Position numbers and translations under genes: made by a program
Notes under the pieces: model-generated
What the model was told of the DNA's origin: nothing
Database searches by the model: none
What the model saw: the letters and a program-made list of their open reading frames with translations, nothing else
In this document: piece after piece, positions 11,161 to 22,892 of the stretch
How the letters are laid out: each line of letters begins with the position of its first letter
Numbering within the stretch: the stretch's first letter is position 1
NCBI GenBank assembly: GCA_048013815.1
Contig: CM106586.1
Span: 4,650,001 to 4,714,000, forward strand
Direction: 5' to 3'
Source of the DNA: Setoptus koraiensis
Lineage: Eukaryota; Animalia; Arthropoda
Length of the DNA stretch: 64,000 bases

Positions 11161-12467
11161 TCATTCGAACAACCTTTGTAGCACTTCATAGGTCAGCAAA
11201 GTAAAACCAAATTGCGGAGCACTCCTGAATATTCTGGCCGGACCACCTTTCCAGAAGGCCGCGAAACCCTCCTCTTTATAAATTTTGGCTAATCAAGAGA
11301 ATGAAAATTAAGTTTTATGAAGTAAACATATTAAATAAAAAAATGAAGAATTATAATATTCAAGAGATACTGTCGTTTGGATACTTACATATAGCATCAA
11401 GCATTCCATTATAGATAGTTTGGCCTTCACGTGCCTGGACTTGTAGTCTAGTTTTAATAACATCAGCTGGAGTGACCAAGTAGGCCGCGGGCACTCCGGC
11501 TATAACAGCAGATATCAACAAGGAACTAGGATTATTGTATCCATTTTCGTCTGCAAATTGTTTCTTAAAATGGGCGTAGGTCGGAAAATAAATGGCTGAA
11601 AAGGGTATATCTCGCGCAAAGCAAGCTTTGGAACCCTGTATATTGGACATTTGAAGTGATATGGATGGATCGAGAAATGATGTTAGTTGGCAAAAGTTTC
11701 TCCATGATGTGTAACGGGTAGAGGTCATACAATAGTTATGTAGTGTGGAATGATGCACTTGGTGTCAAACATACTTTGTATAGGCCCCTAAGTCCAAGTT
11801 CCCTAATGACGTCGAAAGCCCTAGTCTTGGGTCCGGTGACAATTTCACCGACGACCTGTAATCTGATTTTGACAATCTCAAGCGGGTTAGTGAACATCAC
11901 TTGAGAAGCGCCAGCCTGTGGTGGGGGGGGGGAGCGGTTATCGGAAGCAAAGAAACGATGGAAACAACAAAGAATTAGCGCGTGCTTTGATTCGCGGCTG
12001 CTATTACACGGCGATTATATTATTAGTATGGATCATTCGGATGTACTTACACAACCTCCGGCCACAATCTCTTGCCAAACTTCAATTTTACCTGTTGCAC
12101 TAGTTAGTTTGCCCCTGACAAAGTCATTCATAGTCAACTTGATGGCCTTCTCGGGACACACGCCCACCAATTGTGGCAGCAGGCCCCTGTAGAGGCCGGT
12201 GGGTCCCTCGTATCTGATAACTTTCTTGGCGCAATCCAGGCTACTTCTGTACATGAGTTCGCCAACATAGGAGCCCGTGCGTTGATTTTGCATTCTAGTT
12301 TTGACCAGGTCGATAGGATAGACAACAGTGGCGCCCGCTGCGCCAGCTATAGAGCCCAATGTGAATCTGAATAGACTCTCGCGGACCTCGGTGAAGAATT
12401 GTTGCACGCTGTGGACGGGGGTTCTATCAGCTGTTGTGGTGGCGTCTGGAGAATTGGGCACACTCAT
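11161..12467 (-). CDS. aralar1: Mitochondrial aspartate/glutamate carrier (aralar/citrin, SLC25A12/13 type), carrier domain only, 310 aa as modelled
   Basis: Exons 12467-12051, 11915-11775, 11635-11389 and 11288-11161 (933 nt, all GT-AG, frames consistent). [52 protein letters not shown] and [11 protein letters not shown] are aralar-specific carrier repeats. The start is uncertain because a good acceptor (tcctcattgctcAG) lies just upstream of the ATG. Confidence 0.88.
11334..11339 (+). terminator. Candidate AATAAA polyadenylation signal for TMEM199, lying inside the last intron of the antisense carrier gene
   Basis: AATAAA at 11334-11339 is the first canonical signal I found downstream of the TMEM199 stop (11142). 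It falls in carrier intron 11289-11388. Confidence 0.45.
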
Positions 12468-14589
12468 TGTTGTGTGTGTGTTGCTGAGCAATGAGGACAG
12501 GTGTTGATGGCGATAATAAATAGTAATAATGGCGTGTGTCTAGTCTGCCGGCCTGTGTGAGTATCAATCAAGTTGATTAATTGATTGGTTAATTAATTAA
12601 GTCACGGGAATATGGCACCAACAACAATAATTGAACTTGTGTATGAGGTGAGCGTGTGTGTGTGTGTGTGTGTGTGTGTGGTGGGCAAAATGGCGAGCCT
12701 ATCCATGTGTGTGAATTGTTTTGTCGGGGGGCGCATATAGACTGTACGGCTATGCGTTCGTCTATGCGTTTGTACGTACGCGTCGCTCATGACGCGATGG
12801 CACATTGGTTTGCGAGGGCGCATGCGTCGCGTGAAGGGTAGGTAAGGGTTGCGCACAGTTGGCTACTGGCTGCTGCGGCACAATGCCGAATCGTCGCCGC
12901 CAATAGACGCACGCAGGCGAGCGTACCGAGCATACATTTAGTTTAGCTCTTAATTTCTCCTTGTCGCCAGTCGCGCCGAGCTAGACATACTAACACACAT
13001 GCGTGTACTGCCAGCCGATGGGTGCCTCCGCTCGCTGACACATGTTAGTGTTGTTCGAGTCACTCGAATCGAGTGTTGCGATCCGGCCGCCGCCGCCGCG
13101 CGGATATCCGCGCGCCACTCTCCGCATCTCCCGTGTTGTGTCTTGTTGCGACTGGCAACTTGTGAGGGGCGCACAGCAACACACACACACGGCGGCAGAC
13201 TGCAGCAGCAGCACGGAACGACAGAGCGTCAACGCGCCTCGCCATGAGCATTCAATCCCACAATATCTAACAATTATCTTGTCGCTATTGGATTTATGCT
13301 CCGCATTGCATAATGGGCAGACTGTCTGTAGGCTGGCAAATGCGCTTGCCAGCGACTATCCAAGGCTGTCTGTTGTCTGACATTGATCGCGCGCTGTGTG
13401 TGACATTCACGTCGCCAGCCGCAAGTTCAATGTGACACACTGTACTTACGTGTGCGCAGCAATGCTGTCACACTAACAACAGTAGTGAACAGTCTACAGT
13501 AGTACTGTGACAGCAGTGCACTGTGCACGTACAGCCTGTACGATACAGAATGTCGCACATGTACGCGCTGTATCGGCTGTATTCGGTGGTGTTATGCAGG
13601 CGGCACAGCGCGCAGCCCAACGAGTTGTGCGTGCGACTCCTGTGACTGACGCCTAATGTTACATGTTTATATATTTATAATGTACAATGATGCATGTATA
13701 ATGCACCAATCACAGTGCACTCATACACGCAATTGTGCATTGTTAGAGGACGCGGCCGTTTCACCGGGCCGCGCTTGACGCAGCCGCCACCAGGTAGCGC
13801 TGCCGGCGCCAAGCTGGCTCGCCACAGCCAGCTCGGCACCGACTGGGCTCTGCACCGCGCACCGTGCACCGTGCACTTGCAGCAACCTACATCATGCCTA
13901 CCAGTCACTGGTAACCAGTGCACCGTACATGCGCAATCTGTGAGTCACAGGCTGTGACTGGCTCGCTGCGCATCACAAATTAACATAACATAACAGTTAG
14001 CATAAAAGGTTGAAAATTTCAGCCTGAAATATATTTTATACATGTGATGTATGCTGCTGACGTAATATGCACGTTGGATGCATATTGGCTGCCTGTAGCG
14101 TGTGCAAATCCGCTGCCAATGTGGCCGACAATTAGACAGTTAGACTGGCTGGCACGATAGCAGTGGGCAGTTAGTTGGCGATGCATCAATTAGGAACAGC
14201 GTCGAGTCACGATCTTGTGATCGTTGATGCTCATTAGCGCCGCTAATAACGCTATGGCGCTAACAAAGTGGGACAAAGTTATGCGCTCGACGGATAAACG
14301 ACCTTGAAAGGTGATGCAAGCTCATTTTGCGAGCTACAGCCGCTTTAGTAGACGCTAATGAGCTCCGGCAGCCAAATGGCACCGCCCACCGAACTGATGC
14401 TGATCAATCCAACTGACCCAATCATGTGTTATGTTACCCAATGTTACCTGTTGTGAGTGCGTCAGTGCATGCGCCCGGTCGGCCGGCCAAAACAGACGCG
14501 CAGATCGATCAGAGGGAGAGATCGATTGAGACGATCATTATGATGGTCACATTATGATGGTCATTTGTTTCTCGTCTGGCCTCTGGTTG

Positions 14590-14627
14590 AGCCGACAGCG
14601 ACTGGTCGAGCCGACAGCGACTGGTCG
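14590..14627. repeat. 19-nt perfect tandem duplication
   Basis: agccgacagcgactggtcg x2. Confidence 0.9.
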
Positions 14628-15301
14628 CACGGACACAACAGACACCGGCATCATGAATCGTACGGGCCAACGTGAACGGTGCGTGTTACATAATGTGCAA
14701 GCGGGGTGTTTGTTTAGCTGGCCGGTGGCAACGACATTTGACAGTGCGAATTTGTCATTGAACCCCAGCCAGTCACACAATTGGCAGCGCTTTTGGGCCA
14801 ACGACAGCAACACACAAGACAAGGCCACTCGAGACAACAGAACACATTGCGACAGATTGCGTCAGCGACGCTGGCCAAGGTCAATCAATGTAGCCAACAT
14901 GCCCGCGAGTGGCCAACAAAAATCTAAAAGTTTATACAGGCATAAGTGCCCTCGTCGGGCTTCCTCTACCCTTGATTGACTTTATATTTTATTTTTACTT
15001 TATACAATCTGTACATAATATAAAATAAAGTGTCTGCGTTCTCACACAAGTGTCATTATTGACTCTGACTAACTAGCCCGGCTCGTCAACAATTAATGAA
15101 AAGCCAATCAAGCATGCTCAATGGCGACTGTTGCTCAATGGTGGCTCAATGGTCACTGTTGTTCAATGGTCGCTGCTGTTGTTTAGTGGACAAAACTGGC
15201 AGCTTGCGCGCCAGACTCCCAACATGCACTATATATAATATTGTCACTAACTATAAACTATTATTCGTCACGCTCTATGTGCCCAGTGCGCCAACTTGGG
15301 C

Positions 15302-15420
15302 CACTACAGGTGACACTACAGGTGACACTACAGGTGACAGTATGAGGCAACTTGCACGAACCCATGCGCCATTGACAGTTGCTTACAGCTGACGGTGCCA
15401 GCACAGCTGACGGTGCCAGT
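15302..15420. repeat. Two adjacent short tandem arrays (12-nt x3; 18-nt x2)
   Basis: cactacaggtga x3 (15302-15337); acagctgacggtgccag[c/t] x2 (15385-15420). Confidence 0.9.
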
Positions 15421-16969
15421 AATGAGACGGCGACTGTCATCAGCGGGCTATCATCGTGTCTAGACGCTTTGATGGAGTTTGTTGAAACAATTGCGCCATC
15501 GCACATTCTAACTTGATTTGTTGCTCCATTCGAGCGGCCGGCCGGCCGGCGTTCATGCAGCCCGCTCGTCTGGCCAGTGGCTCTATTGATGAATTGGCGA
15601 GTCGGTGAGTCAGTGAGTCGGCGAGCTGAGTTGGCCAGCTGGCCGCAAAGGAAGTGTCATTGGATCTGTCTTGTGAGCACAAGTTATTTGTTGATCAATC
15701 ATCGTCATTCAATCATCATCATTCAACGATAATCACGGCCAGTGTCACTTGATTGGCGAGGTCACTCACACTGACACCCGTTGTTGTTGTTGTTTCATTG
15801 AATGTTGGTGCTGCCACCAAAAGGCTGATGCTGCTGCTGCTGCGGTTAATGGTCGTGCTCGCAATCGGCACTGGCCGGCGCCAGTGGCCAGTGGACAGTT
15901 GCAGCTCAGGTGAGCAGTCGCTAGGCAACTGCCGCTCACCTGAGCTGCTGCCGTGCGATATACAAATAAACAGCGCGTATCAGATCACATAGCGCATTTA
16001 TAGCGCATGATTTGTCATGCGGACGCATGCGGGCCGATACATTTGGCCAGCCTCGGCGTTTAATTCGAGCATGCGTTTGTGATAAGGTCAAACCGTTTAG
16101 TATGGTAGCATCGCACTGATGGCGTGCCGGAGCGCCGGCAATTGTTGATCGGGCTCACTGCGGCCACTTTGCCTCATCGTTGGTCAACTAATTAGATTGA
16201 CCATGTCCACGCTATGCGTCCCCACTGCGCCTGACATATATGACTCGTCTCTGGCATCGCATGCCTCACATGATACGAGTCATATCACCACGCTGCAAAT
16301 TCAAATCAAATCCGGGCTCATGCCACAATGAACCCGGCCATCATTGTGCCAGTATTGTTCGTACGCCCACCACTGCAATCCGGCGATTTGGCCAAGCTCA
16401 GCGCTGCACCATCAAAGCTCAACGCTGCACCATCGAAGCGCAAGCTCGGGCAAGCTCATTGATGGATAGATAATTGCTAATGAAAAATAGCCAAAACAAA
16501 ATTGATTGATTATGCGAACAGGGAACTGGATCATCGCACACGGTGTGTGTGTATGTGTAAAATAAAGCGTGGGATTTGGTTTAAATTGTTAAGATTGCGG
16601 TTGTATGACATTGTCTATTGATTCTATTGTCATGTGTCCAATCACATGTGCCTAATGTGTCGCCTAATATTGTTGCTATTCATGGTGTATGTATACAATG
16701 GCATTAACGTACTGTGTTTGCTATGTAAATAGCGGACACACTCGGCCTGTCTGATGCATTGTTCACTGCATCGAACAAAGCAACAAATTCAAATTCAAGT
16801 CTGGTGACATTGACACACAATTGTTGCACTTGTCCAGTTCTCATTAGTAGTGTATTTTAGTTATCCCAGTCGCGCTGTCATGATGCCTGCCCGGCAACCA
16901 TTGTGCCCATTCACGGCACCATCTTTGTTTGTTTGCTGGTTGGAGCTGGTTCTCATTTTGACTTTTGAT

Positions 16970-17010
16970 GCAACTAGCTGGACGCAACTAGCTGGACGCA
17001 ACTAGCTGGT
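16970..17010. repeat. 14-nt tandem array x3
   Basis: gcaactagctggac repeated about three times. Confidence 0.9.
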
Positions 17011-20000
17011 GCAACTGGCGACTTGCACCAAAAATCCGTGTTGCATGCCAAGGAATCAGCTTGTGCCCTCTCTCTGGCATAAGCTAGCCAACAAGGGTGA
17101 GCGCAAAACAATTGATGCCGGCCACTGGCCAAATCTCACTATAACAACTAACAGCGGTCGTCTTGGCAAACGGTACTGTCTCAGGCTGCCTGTAACACAT
17201 TTCTGTCTAACAGCAGATATGTGTTATTATATTACAATGAGTTTGATGTAATAATAATAATAACGTATTACGACAGAGCTAAATGGGTTGTGTGAGCCAG
17301 TTGCATCGACAATTCAGAACGAAATCAGCTGTACGGAATCGGTGATACGAAATCAGTGGGCGGATGATGAGATCCAGCGGTAGCTGGATAAACCAAAAAG
17401 TTGTTGGTTGTTGTTTGGCATAAACAGGCCATGGTAGCGTATGCCCGTGATTAGTTTAGCTCGGTCGCGCATGCGGTGTCCCCATCATCATTGCGAGTTT
17501 ATAGTCAAGTTTATATAAATCATGAATGTCTTACAAACACCGACTGTATTATGTGATATTATGTGATGATATCCTAAATATATTTCGACAGCACACACAC
17601 AACTGCACTGTCGGCGAGCCAGTGCGCCAGAGCAAGTGAACTTGACCTTGCCAACAACACCACCGGATCATTGTGATACGCTGCTGCTGATTTTGACGAA
17701 TGGTGCCTACGGGTCGAGAGATGCCGCACAACCCATTCTCAAGTCATAAATAAGTCAAATGGAGATGAGGCATATTTGAAGCATTGTTTACTCCTTTCGG
17801 TTGCTTACAACGGGCGCCAATAATAAGCCGAACACAGAGGAGCCCTCCTGTCTGGCCGTCATTGCTACCAATGGTCATTGCTAACATTGGTCATTTCATT
17901 TAGTGCCGGCTAGCCCGTACACACAGAGCATGATATATGTAAGGTTGTATTGGGTCGGTGTTGAGCGTCGCCGACAAATCACATTGAGAAGGGCTAAATT
18001 AAATCAAATAATGGCAGGCGCATAAAAACGAACGAATTCAATTGTTTGCCTCTATCTAATAGGCAAACAACGGCGTCTATTAGATGGACGCTGCTGACAC
18101 TGAAACGACCATTCATTCAAATATATATTATATAATATATATATGTATATCCTGTTTAGGTCTATGTGCATCAATAATCATACAGCCAGCAATGGTCGTT
18201 GTGTGCGCTTCAAAATTCACACAACACCGCTGATGGCTGCAGCTCGGATTCAATGAACCGAATCGCAAGTTAGTTGCTGATGAGACAAACCAATAATACT
18301 AATAATAAAAGCGACGAAGACGACGACCGAAAGAAGAGCAAAGAGAATAGAAGCCAACGCAGGTACGCTACAGACCGTATCATCAACTACCGTATCGGTA
18401 GCGGCAACCCAATGGCTGTTGCCGCTGTTGTTGTTGCTGCTGCCGCTGCTGCTGTTGAGCTGAGTTGAATTGTGATAATCTCTGAGCAGCGCCAGTGTAT
18501 ATTACATAATAATGTAACCACCATGATGATCATCATGGTCATCGCATACAAAGTCACTCGTCATTACATGATACAAGTCAATAAAGATATATGCTGTAAC
18601 ATCATCAACTCCTTCCTGAAACGCTGACATGTGTTTGTGTGTTGCCATAAATGCTGCATGTGTAGACGGACGCATTGCATTGACATTCGGGGATGGCATT
18701 TCGTTGTTTGGTCACTCGCCGGCAATGCCAGTAATTGGAAGGCTTTCGCAGCGCACGACCATACGACAGGTGTGATGATGCTCGTAGGTAAATGGTGCAT
18801 CATTGGTTACACCTCTGAACAACACTGAGCCATTGGAATTGCACACAATTCCATTGGCTCACGCTTCATTCATCATCAGTGTGTAGTATGATGAGGTGCA
18901 CACGACACGCCAGTCTCAAAGAATACAGTGAGCGGGCTGACCAATGAGATGAGCAATAAGAAATAGATGGCTCGAGATAAAATAAATTTAAAGTTAGTTA
19001 CTGTTCGTGCATGATAGAGCGCATCGTCTGACGGATCGGGCGATCACACCTAGGCTATTGTATGGCTACCACTGTTGCTGTGTGTATCATCGTGTGGTCA
19101 ATCGGACAAAGATGATTGTCGCTATTAATCAGCAAGCTCACACTGCACTGGATTAGCGCAATGAGGTATCTAATGGCAATTGCGTGCATTCTCAGTTTAT
19201 CTCCAAGCTTGTCAGCATCAACAATTGCGCGCAACAGGCGGCAAGAGCGCCGAGATAGAGGGAGAGAGAGAGAGAGAAGCTAATCACAGCCATTCCATTT
19301 AGTAATAAAACATAGACAAACAGCTAGATGGGCTAGTTAGGCGATCACTCTATCCACTCAGCGCGCTGTCTAGACATGCGAGACGAGCCGAACAAATGAA
19401 TATACTACTGTAGTGGGCAGGACCATGAGTTGAGTTGTGTCAATAACTGCAACTATAGGACCAACCCCATATCCTCACTTTATTCCGTTCTGCCGAAAAT
19501 ATCCGACAACTAATTCTCATGGAGGCAAAGTCACACACACAGTGGCCAGAAGATTGTAGGAACAATAGTAATATCATATTATTTATAGGTTTGTTCCGTT
19601 CACACCAACGAGTGCAACGCCGCCACCGCTGAGACATTACAATTGTGGGATTCTAACACACACACACACAATTGCGTAACGCGAACAAGAAGTTAACGGT
19701 CTACGACGGTCATCGCTTTTCTGTCAGTGGCAAAACTGTAACAGAGCTCACACAAATATAGACTAGGAAGGATAGTCACACAGTGATGGTCATCGATATT
19801 GCGGTCAATGTGTAAGCGACAATCAAATAAAACTGGCCCAACAATAAGTATGACAGAGTAGTTAGTTGTCGCTATTGTTAGTATCAACAAACCTGATATA
19901 TATATGTATATATCAGGTATTATATAACAAAGGAGCGAACGATGCGAATCATCGCTTCCTCCGATCACACATACATCAACACACACAGAGAATTATTTCC

Positions 20001-20900
20001 ATCATTTGTCAGCAGTTAAGTTGAGTGTGGTCTCTGGGTCGGTCAGTCCATTGCGCTGTTGTTGTCCATTGCGCATCGACCAAATCAAATTCGTTGTCAA
20101 TCATAATACAGTCAGACAGATCGATCGAGAAACCTAAAATGAGAGAATACAATTCAAAGCTCATCCTACACTAGACCTGTCAACACCGAATCATTTTTTA
20201 CACAATGTCACCTGTTGTGCCTAATTTATTCACGCCGAAACATACATAATAGAATAGTAATATAACAAACAGTAGTCAATAATTTAATTTATTATATTCC
20301 ATCTTAAATAATAACTTAAACAACAACAACGAGTAAAAGATAAAATAAAATATTTCTGCATTTGCAACATTAACAATTGCACACACAAGCAATTGAATAC
20401 ATGCAACAAGATTATTTTGTCGTGTCACATTAAACCGACATCGCCTCAAAGTGTCTCTATGTGTATATATGAATAGTAAATATATTTCTCATAGCCAAAC
20501 AAACAAGATGTTTATTTCAAGAGTGATAATTAATGTAAGTAATGGTTGTCAACAATTATCTGTTTGTCGAGTTGTCGCAAATACGCCAAGCTATCCGCCT
20601 CGGCGAAACTGCGTTTGGATTTCGCGCGCCAAACCGAAACGCGCCCTTTATCTTATGCAAAAAGTTCTGCACTACATTGTAGAAACCATTCGTCAATATA
20701 GATCAATATAGAGAGGCCTGTCATACAGCGTGCCTCGTTACCAGATAGGATTACTTTTTATTTTAATCTAATTGATTTATTTTATTCCCTCGGAACATTA
20801 TCACAACTTGATTTATTTATCCTAACATCACACGATATTTCAAATAAAAAATCAGGCAATTATATATATATTGACTTTGAGCTGCAATATCAAGACAATC

Positions 20901-22853
20901 ATGATGATTAGTTCTTATCAGGAGTCACAAACTTACGACCCTTACCCAATACCTGCACCAATAACATTAAAAGCACATCCAGCCAGCATAAACGATCGAC
21001 AGCAGCAACAACCTAAACAGATTCCTAGTTCAGCAACACAATTAGAGAATGCGCCCACTTCCTTTGTTGACAGCTTGGCCACATTTACTTGGGAAAAGCT
21101 TAGAAATCAAACAATTAATCCTCTCATCGACAAAGACCTCAGCAAGCTAGATGATTCAAATAGTGATTCAAATGGCGAAATAATTGACGACGACGAAAGC
21201 ATTGCTGATCAGAGTTTAGATGATGGCCAGCCCAAGAATTCAACCAACACTATGGAAGATCAATATGAACAACGTCACAGGCAGCAACAACAACCGCAAC
21301 CACAACAACCGCAACCGCAACCACAACAACCACAACAATCTAATAATAAACAGTATAGAAAGTTGGAGCATCGCGGAGCAGATATTGGATATTCTCAAAA
21401 TTCCCAATACTCAAACCCAGTTAATCTGCCACTCATGACTACGACACCCGTAGAGCATTCAGAATCGGGTTCGTCAATTTCGACACCATTGATGGCCACT
21501 TCCACTGCGTCTACCTCATCGCCATCGGCCCAAGTCTACAATCAGTATAGTCCATATCAGCAAGCCAACAGCAAGCAACAACAGTCCTCGCCGCCAACTC
21601 GTCCTCTATCGATGGCACCGTACGCTAACGATCATTATCATAGTAGATCAGAGCCAACAAGGGTGCCCCAGTTCGATTCAATGGGTGAAATGTTTGATCG
21701 ATCAACAAAAACATATGAGCTATCTATGCTTAATTCAATGAGCCAAATATCTGCAACGCTCTCTAACGATAATAACGAAGCCCATAATAGACTTGTCAAC
21801 TCTCCCAATGCTGCCCTCAACTATAATCAACAATACAACAACAATAAAGACAACTCTTCTTCGCTGTCTAGGGAAAATCACCAATTACACTATTCGCCAA
21901 TTGGACTACAACATAACCACACTGAATTGAACAATAATCAAAAAAGCTCATCAATATCACCAATACTTAATAGACAATATGTAGAATCTAGTGATGACGG
22001 CGCGAAAATGTCGATCAAGTCAAATGCCGCCCAAGATCAACAAAGACAGGTTGACTTGCAACTTAAGCAACAACAACCAATCAGAGGTGTCAATGACAGA
22101 TATGTTAGCGCAAGTCAACAATATGCCGACGTGAACGAGTTGCAAGCCCTGATGAAAAATCTAAGCTACGCAAGCAACACCAGCCACAATGTTTCAAGTA
22201 GTCAGGACAATGTTAACAACAATAAAACGAACACACCGGCGTCTCATTCTGCAACAAAACAGTCAAATGATTCAACACCAAGCGGCCCACAGAAATATTC
22301 TAGTCAGTACCCATCATCGACAACTTCAAATTCTAAAGGAATTAACAATCCAACAGATAGTAGTAGCACCAGCACAACTTCGGCTATTATCACCGGCAAT
22401 AACCGTTTGCCGTCCATTATGGATAGAATTGGATCAATTGATAATGGTCCGCTATCAGGACAAGATGATAGATTGATCATGCGGGACATTGGCTCTTCTT
22501 CTTCTCATTTGATGGATTCCCAATCAGCGAACGACATGTCAGCGTCAGCATCGAGTATTGCTGATGAGTTTCACAATCATAATACCATTATTAGTCAGCC
22601 ACCATTGGATGTGCCCCCTGGACATTACGCTGCCTCTTTCATCAATGTGACAGCACCAATGATACCACCCCTGTCCGCCAGTGAGGCCATGGAAAATTCA
22701 ATACAAGCTGACAATATGTATCACGTTGTGTCGGTGGCACAAAATTCCGATCAGTCGCATATGCATCAAAACGAACACTTGAATAATACTGCTTTGAATT
22801 ACTACAACAATCCCATGGCTTCGACACATCAACAACAATCACAACAACAACAA

Positions 22854-22892
<39 letters not shown>

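Noticed and set aside
12600-17800. Numerous overlapping 60-140 aa ORFs on both strands
   Set aside because: They are expected in GC-rich, repeat-laden non-coding DNA, overlap in all frames and have no motifs. None resembles aralar EF-hands.
18250-18501. Minus-strand open stretch ending in a TM-like segment (VCSVPALASILFALLSVVVFVAFIISIIGL)
   Set aside because: It is the reverse complement of a purine-rich tract, which automatically reads hydrophobic. There is no start, and the upstream frame has stops at roughly random frequency.
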